From assembly GCA_028826165.1 (NCBI GenBank), contig JAPDFW010000136.1, positions 186,001 to 250,000 of the forward strand: a DNA stretch of 64,000 nucleotides, written 5' to 3'. Source of the stretch: Anaeramoeba ignava BMAN (Eukaryota; Protista; Anaeramoebae). Position numbers and translations under genes: made by a program. Positions 26,301 through 36,848 of the stretch are shown here, piece after piece. The notes under the pieces were generated by a model that was not told where the DNA came from, searched no databases, and saw only the letters and a program-made list of their open reading frames with translations. Positions within the stretch are counted from its first letter, which is position 1. Every line of letters starts with the position of its first letter.

Positions 26301-29300
26301 TTGGACTTATTTAAAAATATCAAAATTTATAAATTTAAAATTCAAAATTTATTTTGAAATTTTTCTAAATTTTATTAAAATTTATATTTAAAATTTATAT
26401 TTAAATTTATATCAAAATTTATATTCTAAATCTTTTGAGATTTAAAAAAAATAGACTTATTTGGAAAAATTTATTTTAAAATTGAAATTTTTAATTTACC
26501 AATTATTAAAAAAAACAAAATTCTCCAAAAATTTCATTTTCATCTGCAAAAAGAAACCTTTTAAAATTGAAGTTAATAATTTTTCTAAAAGGTTTGAAAA
26601 AATTTAATTTGAAAAATTTAATCTTAATTCAAAATATTTTCTGTGTTTTTTGTTTTTTTTAGTTTTTCTAATGGTGATGCTTATTTTGCTTTAGTAGAAA
26701 GTGAATTTCCTGATCAAAAAGAAACATTCCAAATAAAATTTGTAAAAAAATATTCTTCTTCTTGATCTTCTTTATTATTTAATTCAATTTAATTTCTTTC
26801 AAAAATAGAAAAATCCTGTTGAAAAACTTAAAAAATCTTTTAATTTTGCTAATAAATTAATGGATATTCCAGAATTACTTGATCCAGAAGATGTTTTCAA
26901 AGAAAAAATGGATGAATTTTCTCATTTTTTATACACTTCTTATTTTTTCAAATTTCATTTCCAAAATGTAAAAATGCAGAAAATGCAAAAAATTCTCAAA
27001 AAAAAAAACATTTAAAAATCGGATAAATTTTTTTTTAGAATAAAAAAAGAATCCCAAAAGAAAATTACAAGAATATTCTTCTTGACTCTTCATCTAAAAA
27101 TTCAAAAACTGAAATTGATTCTCCTCAAAAATCAAAATTTTCTTCTCCAATTAAAGAAATTAAATCTATTGAACAAATTTCAAAAATAATTTCATCTCCA
27201 AATGAAATGCAAAAAGAAATTAATGGAATGAAATTTATTAAAATTGAATCAACAAAAAATTCAATTTTTTTAGAATGGAAATCAAGAAAAAAAGAACCTT
27301 TTTATGAAGTAAAAAATAATCTCTATTTGATTTTTGATTCCAAAAAAAAAAAAAGTCAAATAATTCATTTTGCTTTATTTAATTATTTAGATTCTTGTTA
27401 AAGATATTTCTCATAATTTAAAAAAAATTTTTCCTGAAATTCCTGGAAAATAATATTTTAATAAGAAATCTTGATCCTGAAACTCTTTATCAAGTTTATC
27501 TTCGACCACAAAAAGAAGAAAATCAAAAAAAATGGGTTATTCAAAAAGAGATTATAACAAAAAGTAGAAAAATCAAAATCAAAATTAAAATCAAAATTAA
27601 AATTTTTGATCCAATATTTTATATTAGGTTTTGTCCCAAAAAAAATTACATTCATTTCTTCAACTCCTTCATTTGATTCTTGCTTACTTCAATGGGAAAT
27701 CCCAAAACACTATAAAATTCCAATTGAACATTACGAAATTGAGATAATTAGCGATGAAAAGAAAAAAAAGAACAAAAACTCAAAACTTCAAAAAACTTTT
27801 GTAAATGAAATTGTTATAAATAAACTCAAACCAAATTATCTTTATCATTTCCGAATAAGAACTTTTAACAAAAAAGGATATTCAGAATGGAGTGATTTTA
27901 ATTCTTTCAAAACAATATCCTCATTTACACCTTCAACAATTCAAGATGGAATCAAAATTATCCAAAATGATCCAAATCATCTTGCAATAAAATGGAATGA
28001 ACCAGAAAATAATGGACATGTAATTGATTATTATCAGTTAGAACTTAATGGACAAATCATTGAACATGTTCAAAATCCTTTATTGATTTAAAACAATTTT
28101 ATAAAGGAAAAAGATATCGAATGAGAATACGTTCACATAATAATAATGGTATAACTTCTTCAATATTCCAAAAAAAAAAAGTTCCTAATTTTTTTGATTT
28201 GTTTCAAATTCAAAAATTAAAAAGGTTTTTCTGTTTGGTCTTCGCCTCAAGTATTCACAACTATTTGCGACATCCCTAATCAAGTGAGTTATCATTGGAT
28301 TTATTGCATTCCCGATTCTAATAAAATTGAGTTAAACTGGTTAAAACCAGAAGAAAACGGAAAACCAATTGAATATTATGAGATTGAGGTGTATAAATCA
28401 TCTCATGAGGTGTATAAGACTGAGAAAACCAAACTGGAAACGCATATAATCACAGATTTACAACCACGAACACAATACCGATTGAGAATAAGAAGTTTTT
28501 CTGAAATAGGATATTCTGATTGGAGTGAGTTTCTTGAAGTGACAACCTCAAGAATCATTCTTCCTGAGAAAATACAGGATATTCGGTGTGTTAAAATCCA
28601 ACCAAGAGAACTTGTTTTCGAATGGAGTGAAGCAAAAACTCGAGGATTGGCAATTGATTACTATGAGATTGAAATGGGAAATGAAAATAACAATCAATTG
28701 CAAAATGTGCAAGATTTAACTTATACATTTTCCAATTTGAATCCAGGAAACCGATATGTTTTTCGAGTGAGAGCACATAATAAGCAAGGGTTCGGTGAAT
28801 GGAGTAAATCACTCAATGTATCAACTAATACGAGTGAGCCTGATCCAATTCCAAATTTATCACCTCGGCATGTTGCTGCAAATCAAATTGAGATGACTTG
28901 GGAAAAACCTGAAGACAACGGCTCAAACATCACTCTTTATGAACTTGAGATCAGTTCTCCACTTCAAAAAGATCCTGAAATTCAGAAAACAACACGCAAA
29001 CGATTCAGAATCCCAAATCTTCGACCAAATACTTTTTATGATATCAGAGTAAGAGCACAAAGTGATCATGGTCCAAGCGAATGGAGTGAAGTTGTGACTG
29101 TGAAAACAAAGAAATCCAAGCCAGAGAAAATCGAGAGAGTTTGGATCACAAACCGCTCCCTTACTCAAGCTGAGCTTGTTTGGGAACCGCCTAAAGATAA
29201 CGGCGATTCAATTGATTTTTATCAGATCGAAATGAATGATTCAAAAACTTTTGCTCCGGTGAGTTCGCTTACTTCTTCACGCACAAGAGCAGCGAGAAGA

Positions 29301-31072
29301 AGAGCGCTTGCATTAGATCCGGATCTTCCTGAGTTTCACCAACTGTTTGGAGATATGTCTCCCAAACAAAGACTTTCGAAAATGCTAATGAGATTGCAAT
29401 CCGACACAGAATACAAGATTCGCATCCGTGCACATAATAAGCATGGATTCAGTGAATGGAGTGGGTATTCACAATTTACTCTCACACTTTTGGAAACTTT
29501 GAAAGTTGACGAGATTTTTTGTCAATCTCACTCGACACGAATCGATCTGAATTGGAACATTCCTCAATATCGAAGAGATGAAATTGAGTTTTATGAAATT
29601 GAGTATTTTTCTTTTTCATTACTTCAGAATCACAACATCCTCCAAGCTGACGAACGCAACGACTCGCCAATCCCCACAATTTCTTCTCTCCACATCCAAG
29701 ATGAGCAGGTTGATCTTGACGAGGATCTAACAGACACACCTGCATATCGGTCTTGTGTGAATGAGAACGTGATTCAATTGAATCGAAGTTATGAAAATCA
29801 CAAAACACTTGATGGATTAGATCCTGAACAAGTGTATGAGATCCGCATCCGCGCTTATGATCCGAGTCTGGGGTTTGGCTCATGGTCATCTTTCCACGCC
29901 TTTGAGACACTTGCACAAGAACCTGATCCAAGACCAGATGCTGTTCAATTGATTTTTCCAGGAAAAGAAAGTGAGAATCGATCATCAAAAACTCGACCGT
30001 TTTCCCCTGCTTTTGATTCAATAACAAACAGATCCATTGCAGGCGTGCCAAATGCTATTGATGAAGTTCACGGGTTTTTTGACCAAGTAACAGAGCCCAA
30101 AAACTTGATTCTTTCTTGGAAAGAACCTGCAAATAACGGTGGTCCAGTCGATAAGTATATTGTGGAAATTAGCGGGAAAATTGTACTTGAAACCTTCGAT
30201 ACCCACATCAATATTGTGAGACTCAAAGCCTCGATAAATCACACGTTTCGGATCAGAGCGCACAATCGATTTGGATTTGGACAGTGGTCTTCTGTTTTTT
30301 CTTTCTGATCTGATCCAAAATTCCAAAATGGATCAAGAAAAGGTTTGTTTCAAAGAAATACCTTTTGTTGAGTCTGAGATCCAAAAATTATCACAAACGA
30401 TTTGATCTCCCAACAGCAATTAAGTTCTCAAAATACGATCCCAATGATGATCTTTATATTTGTTATATTGGAAACAAGGAAATCAAAATCAAGCTTCTTT
30501 CGAACAGTAATAAAAGCAAAGAGAAGAAAGGAGAGCAATTTAATCTTTTTGTTTTGGAAAACGGAAACTTCATCCATTTTTTCAATTATGTTCTTGATAT
30601 ATTTGAAGAGGAGAAAACAGTGTTGCAATCACCCAAAAAGGAATCATTTAGTGAGATTAATCCGCGAAGAAATTCGAGTCAACACAGAACAAAATCAAAT
30701 AATCAACAACAAGATTCCCGCAAGCAAAACCCTCTTAAATTGAGAAGTGGTAAACATGTTCCAAAAATCACTCGACCCAAAAATAAGAATCATCAAGAAG
30801 AGATGAAAGCAAAAAAAACAAAGAAAGATGGAAGAAAGAAGAAGCATAAACCGCAAAAAAAAATGGAGAAGTTTTCTCGTAATTTAGTTGATAATCAGCC
30901 CCAAATTGAGAAAAGTGAAGAAGTGAAAAAAGAAAAACGGCAAAAATCAACAACTTATCAAAATCCTTCTCCTTTGCCTAATAAAGTCAAGTTTCAGTCT
31001 TTGCCTAAGCTTCCAACATTAGAAAATGCAAGAATAGATTTTAATCAACATCATTCAAAGAAAGATAATTAA
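23342..31072 (+). CDS. Multi-exon protein with tandem calponin-homology (actin-binding) domains, about 9 fibronectin-III domains, a possible GAR-like domain and a basic tail. Several frameshifts
   Basis: Exon 1 (23342-23389) splices to 25029: QK|VYVNWCNSYL..DFQNGVLLIKLVEIISG (CH1). DLSKGDLKQIIGLI at 26271. SFSNGDAYFALV and MDIPELLDPEDV (CH2). Repeated W..P..NG..I..YEIE / L.P...Y.FRVRA.N..G...WS (FN3). Confidence 0.75.
23405..25015. repeat. 12-bp satellite (AAAATGAATTTA)n inside intron 1 (23390-25028) of the CH-FN3 gene
   Basis: Direct tandem repeat bounded by AAG|GTATTT and GAAG|GTT; the phase-0 junction restores CH1. Confidence 0.95.
25260..26420. repeat. Degenerate 12-bp satellite (AAAATTTATATT/C)n, intronic, mixed with exon-like fragments
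   Basis: Tandem repeat visible but irregular. Confidence 0.75.
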
Positions 31073-31208
31073 TTTTTTTTTATTCCACTTTTTTTTATTT
31101 TTTTATTTTTTATTTTTTATTTGTATTGAATTGTTGTGAATTTTAAAAAAAACATTTAAAATAAATCATTTTTTTTTTAAAAATCATTTTTTTTCTTTAT
31201 TCAATTAA

Positions 31209-34200
31209 ATGCAAGATTTAAATTTATCAAAATTTCATTCTTTTTTTATTTATAATTCAACATTTTCAAAATCAGAAGAAACTGAAACAGATAAAATTAT
31301 TTTTTATTATCCAGAAACAACAACTTTAAAAGAACAACTTCAAAATGTTGGATTAATTGAAGCTTTAACAGCTTATTCATTGTAAAATATTAACAAAAAA
31401 AAAAATACAAATAAAAATTTTATTTAAATTTAAAAAAAATAATTTTTAAAAGATCTTTTTCAAATAAAAAGTGTAATTCACTTCATCTTGAAAAGAATCG
31501 TTATGTATTTTTTGAACCTGAAAAGGATTATTGGCTAGTTTTAGTATTTTCTTTTAAAAAAAAAAAACATAGAAAAAAAAATTCAATTTAAAATTTTTTT
31601 TTACTCTTTTTTTAAAAAAAAGATTATAAGCAATCCTTTTACTTATAAAATGAAAGGAAATGAAAAAATACAAAAATTCAAGTTTAATTTATTATCAGAT
31701 CAAACTTTACTTCAAATTCTTAAGAATTCATATCGAATATTTTATATGTTTTATCAAACTTTTAATGATTTAGTTCAAAAAAATTCAGTTTTATATTTGA
31801 AATCAATTTTAGCTCAATTTTTTCCCTTTTATTTATCAAATATAGATTTTTCTTATTCTTCTATTGAAAATACAGTTTGGACAGCATTAGATGGTAGAAT
31901 AGAACATATTAAAAATTTATTTAGAAATTTATTTAGAAATTTATTTATAAATTTATTTAATAATTTATTTAATAATTTATTTAGAAAATATATTTAGAAA
32001 ATTATTTAGAAATTATTTATAAATTTATTTAGAAATATATTTAGAAATTTATTTAGAAATTTATTTAAAAATTTATTTAGAAATTTATTTAATAATTTAT
32101 TTAGAAATTTATTTAATAATTTATTTAGAAAATTATTTAAAAATATATTTAGAAATTTATTTAGAAATATATTTAATAATTTATTTAGAAAATTATTTAA
32201 AAATATATTTAGAAATTTATTTAAAAATTTATTTAGAAATATATTTAATAATTTATTTAGAAATTTATTTAAAAATATATTTGAAATTTATTTATAAATT
32301 TATTTAAATTTATTTAGAAATTTATTTAATAATTTATTTAGAAATATATTTAATAATTTATTTAGAAATTTATTTAGAAATTTATTTAGAAATTTATTTA
32401 AAAATTTATTTAGAAATTATTTAGAAATTTATTTAGAAATTTATTTAATAATTTATTTAGAAATATATTTAATAATTTATTTATAAAATTATATTTATTT
32501 AAAATTATTTAGAAAATTATTTAGAAAATTATTTAAAAATATATTTAGAAATTTATTTAGAAATATATTTAATAATTTATTTAGAAATTTATTTAGAAAT
32601 TTATTTAATAATTTATTTAATAATTTATTTAGAAATTTATTTAAAAATTTATTTAGAAAATTATTTAGAAATTTATTTAAAAATTTATTTAGAAAATTTA
32701 TTTAGAAATTATTTTAAAATTTATTTATAAATTTATTTAAAAATTTATTTAAAATTTATTTAAAAATTTATTTAGAAAATTATTTAGAAAATTATTTAGA
32801 AATTTATTTAGAAATTTATTTAGAAATTTATTTAGAAATTTATTTAAAATTATTTAATAATTTATTTATAAATTTATTTAGAAATTTATTTAATAATTTA
32901 TTTATAAATTTATTTAGAAATTTATTTAATAATTTATTTAGAAAATTTATTTAATAATTTATTTAGAAATTTATTTAAAAATTATTTAGAAATTTATTTA
33001 TAAATTTATTTAATAATATATTTAATAATTTATTTATAAATTTATTTAGAAATTTATTTAGAAATTTATTTAATAATTTATTTAGAAATTTATTTAGAAA
33101 TTTATTTAAAAATTTATTTATAAATTTATTTAATATTTTAATTATATTTATAAATTTATTTAGAAATTTATTTAGAAATTTATTTATTTAAAATTTATTT
33201 AAAATTTATTTATAAATTTATTTAGAAATTTATTTAAAAATTTATTTAGAAATTATTTATAAATTTATTTAGAAATTTATTTAGAAATTTATTTAGAAAT
33301 TTATTTAAAAATTTATTTAGAAATTTATTTAATAATTTATTTAGAAATTTATTTAAAAATATATTTAAAAATATTTAAAATTTTATTTAATTTAATAAAG
33401 GAATCCAGTTTTGTTCGGTTCATAAAAATTTATATCTAAGAATCAAATGCTTAATGAATCAAGTTAAATCAAATTTCCCATATGTTAAAAATTCAATGCT
33501 TCTTTTCGAGAAAAACTTAGTCTGGAGTTCATTTGAAACAGAAGAAACAAGAAATTTATATCATTTTATGTGCTCACAAGTATTAGGACAATACAAATCA
33601 ACAAAATCAAAAGAATTTGGAAAAGAAAAACCAACAGTTAAATTGGAAAATAAAGAATCAACAGTTTTTAGTTATCAAAATTTGATTCTGGGAATTCAAA
33701 ATTTGGTAGCAGATATTAAGGAAGAACATTTCTTAACAGGAGCAACTTTGATTGAAAATAAAGTTGTGATCAAAATACCAACAATCTTTGTTAGCGAATC
33801 AAATACTCAAAAATATCAACTTATCATTTATAAATCAAGAAATCTTTTTCTTCTTCTTTTTTTGGAAAATGAAGCTCCAAATTTAAATGAAATTTCATTC
33901 TATCAAAAACTATCCACTTTGATTAGAAAAGAAATGCAATCAATCTGCGAATTATTAAATAACGGCCAAGATGAAGATGAGAAAATTGACCAAGTTTTCA
34001 ATTATATTTATTTCAATAGCATCAATTTGTCTGTTAAACAATGTTTGAATGAAAAAAGAAATTTTAGCTTAACTGATGTTATTCCTCAATTAGTCGCAGT
34101 TTCAGACGAATTGCTTAGAAAAAAATCCCAAATTCCTGATGAAATTGATAATCCAAAAACTCAGTATTTAAGGTTTATTATTGAAAGAGAAATTCCTTTT

Positions 34201-34365
34201 GAAATTATAAGTCAATCGAAAAAAAGTGTTTGGATTGTTGGTAAAAAAACTTCGAATCATGTGTTTTTTTTGATTTTTGATCAGAAAAATGTGAATTTAA
34301 ATTCAATTGAAGAAGAAATGGAAAAATTTTCATCTGCTTTATTTAAAGATTATTTTTTTGATTAG
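31209..34365 (+). CDS. CCZ1: Vacuolar fusion protein CCZ1 (Mon1-Ccz1 Rab7 GEF subunit). Exons 31209-31381, 31453-31543, 31623-31893, 33401-34365
   Basis: SFFIYNSTF..ETDKIIFYYP..QNVGLIEAL..SLHLEKNRYVFFEPEKDYWLVL..DGIQFCSVHKNLYLRIKC..YIYFNSINLSVK; all three junctions in frame. Confidence 0.9.
31910..33380. repeat. 12-bp satellite (AATTTATTTAGA)n in CCZ1 intron 3 (31894-33400)
   Basis: Direct tandem repeat. Confidence 0.95.
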
Positions 34366-34608
34366 GGAAAATAAAATTAAATAAAAAATTTTGAAAGGAG
34401 AATAATTTTAATATATCTTTTTTTTCTCCTTTTTTTATTATTTTTTTTAATTCAAATAACCATTTTTATTTTTTTTAATTTTTATTTTTTTTTTCATTTT
34501 TTTTTTGTTTCCTTTATTAAAAAACAACAACAGACATTTATTAAAAAACAAAAACAAAAACAAAAACAAAAACAAAACAGACATTTATAAAAAACAAAGA
34601 ATTTAAAA

Positions 34609-36786
34609 ATGGAAAAAATTTTGATCTTTTTACTTTTCACTTTTTTTCTCCATAACTGTTTAAGCTACACATCAACAGTTCTTGGATCATCACCAGGACT
34701 TGGACAAACAACAGAATTAACACCAAGCGATGGATATCAAAATTATTACTTTTCATCATCATTAGCGATGACAGAAGATGTTATAGTTGTAGGAACACAA
34801 AAAGGATACAATGGATATTCCACACCAACAGGATCAGTGTATATTTATCGACGAACAGGAAACGAATGGAATGAAGAAGCAAAACTAACACCAAGTGATG
34901 GACAAAGTGATGATCTTTTTGGAGCAAGTGTTGCGATTTTTGGAGACTTTATTGCTGTTGGTGCGCCAGATAAAAACAACAAGATCGGAAAAGTATACAC
35001 GTTCCAATACAATTCATCTGCATGGATTCAACAGCAAATGATAACTGCAAGTGATGGAATAGAAAACGACACTTTCGGTTCCGCTATTGCTTTTAACGAT
35101 AATTTAATGGTCATTACTGCAGCAGGCGCAACTTATGATCTTGAGACAGCCTCTGGAAAAGCTTATGTGTTTCAAAACCAATCCGGAACTTGGGTTCAAT
35201 CCGCCATTCTAAACTCATCCGAAGTCGCTGCTAATGGAAATTTCGGAGGAAATGTTTTGATCCAAAACGAAATAATCTTTATCACAGCAAATAAAGACAA
35301 TGTCAGTGGATTAACTAACGCAGGCAAAGTGTATATTTACCAATACAACATAACAGAATGGGTTCAAATACAGACTTTGATTGCTGATGATGCTGAGGCA
35401 AACCAGGCATTCGCAACAAGTATCGCCATTTCAGACGGTATTCTTGCTGTTGGTTCAACTAACAAAAAAATCGGCAGCTACAACACTGCTGGCAAAGTGT
35501 ATCTTTTTATCTATAACGGAACTGAATGGGTTGCCAACGTTTCTTTGACTGCGGATTCCCCGCAAGCCGGAGAGTTGTTTGGATCATCTTGTGTCTTCAT
35601 GGGAAATTCAACGTTGGTTATCGGGGCTGAACAATCAAATGTCGGTAGTTATAATGCGCAGGGAAGAATCTATGTTTTCTCGTATAATTCAACCGATTGG
35701 AATCAACTGCAAATGCTAACTTCAAGCAATATTAATTCTTTTAATTTTTTCGGTTCTGTGATGACTTCGGCAGGAATCTATGTTGTTCCAGGAAGCGATA
35801 GAGTGACTGTTGACGGGAAAATGTTTGAAGGACAAGCATATGTTTTTTCTTGGGGAGAAGTTCCTGATCAAGTAAACATCATTAACTGCAGTGGAATTTA
35901 CGATGGATTTGAATGCTATTGGGACGAGGTTGCAAACTCCACAGATATCGAGTATACCATATTTCACAATTCCACAGGCGAATTAGTTCAAGAATCAACA
36001 AAAATCGACACTGTTTTTGTTGCAAACTTTACATCCTCTCTTTACAGTGTTTTAGGCAATCAAAACTATACAATCCAAATGCAAGCATGCAACAAAACCA
36101 CCACAATTTGCGGTGCAATTTCAACAACAGTTGATGTATTCACGCGAATCGGGGCAGTGAATAATTTTGTGATTCAATCCACAAACGAATCAATAACAGC
36201 AAACTGGACTGCGCCAGATGTTCCTGTTCCTGGAGGAATTCCGCTTTTGGATCACTATAACGTCTCATACAACAAGGAATCCAATCCAGCAGTTTTCCAG
36301 TCACTTACAAATGATTCGAAATCCGTTTACATTCCCAGCTTGGATTCCTATTCAAGTTACTCTTTCTCTATTTGGCCGTGCAGAACTCTCGATTGCGAAG
36401 GAGAAGATCAAGGAGAAGTGTTGTCAACAACAATTCTAACCCGATTCAATCCCATTTCAAATCTCCAATGCAACTCTTCAATGGCTCTTTTCTACTCTTG
36501 TTCTTGGGATCCTCCAGTCGCTTCTGGAACCCCGACTTATTATCATTTTGTTTTCGATTCTGTTACTGGTAATGATGATGGCGAATATACTGCTTCAACA
36601 ACCTCCCAAAATTTCGTTGCTTCTCTTTCTGATACTGATTATGATATCACTGTTTCTGCTTGTGATTCAAATATGAATTGTGGAATTACATTCACAATCC
36701 AACTTAAAACTCCAACTTCAAGTGCTGTTATTCAAAAATATTTCTTCTTTTTAATGTTTTCTTTGTTGGTCGTTTTATTTTTCTAA
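34609..36786 (+). CDS. Secreted/surface protein: signal peptide, FG-GAP beta-propeller (~6-7 repeats), ~3 FN3-like domains, C-terminal hydrophobic (GPI/TM) anchor
   Basis: Repeats LTPSDG...FG.SVAI.GD.IAVGA......GKVY.F; hydrophobic N- and C-termini; many NxS/T sites; intronless. Confidence 0.85.
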   Translation: MEKILIFLLFTFFLHNCLSYTSTVLGSSPGLGQTTELTPSDGYQNYYFSSSLAMTEDVIVVGTQKGYNGYSTPTGSVYIYRRTGNEWNEEAKLTPSDGQSDDLFGASVAIFGDFIAVGAPDKNNKIGKVYTFQYNSSAWIQQQMITASDGIENDTFGSAIAFNDNLMVITAAGATYDLETASGKAYVFQNQSGTWVQSAILNSSEVAANGNFGGNVLIQNEIIFITANKDNVSGLTNAGKVYIYQYNITEWVQIQTLIADDAEANQAFATSIAISDGILAVGSTNKKIGSYNTAGKVYLFIYNGTEWVANVSLTADSPQAGELFGSSCVFMGNSTLVIGAEQSNVGSYNAQGRIYVFSYNSTDWNQLQMLTSSNINSFNFFGSVMTSAGIYVVPGSDRVTVDGKMFEGQAYVFSWGEVPDQVNIINCSGIYDGFECYWDEVANSTDIEYTIFHNSTGELVQESTKIDTVFVANFTSSLYSVLGNQNYTIQMQACNKTTTICGAISTTVDVFTRIGAVNNFVIQSTNESITANWTAPDVPVPGGIPLLDHYNVSYNKESNPAVFQSLTNDSKSVYIPSLDSYSSYSFSIWPCRTLDCEGEDQGEVLSTTILTRFNPISNLQCNSSMALFYSCSWDPPVASGTPTYYHFVFDSVTGNDDGEYTASTTSQNFVASLSDTDYDITVSACDSNMNCGITFTIQLKTPTSSAVIQKYFFFLMFSLLVVLFF

Positions 36787-36848
36787 AACAACAAAAACAA
36801 CAAAAACAAATTTAAAAAAAAAAATTTAAAAAAAAAAATCATTTCATT

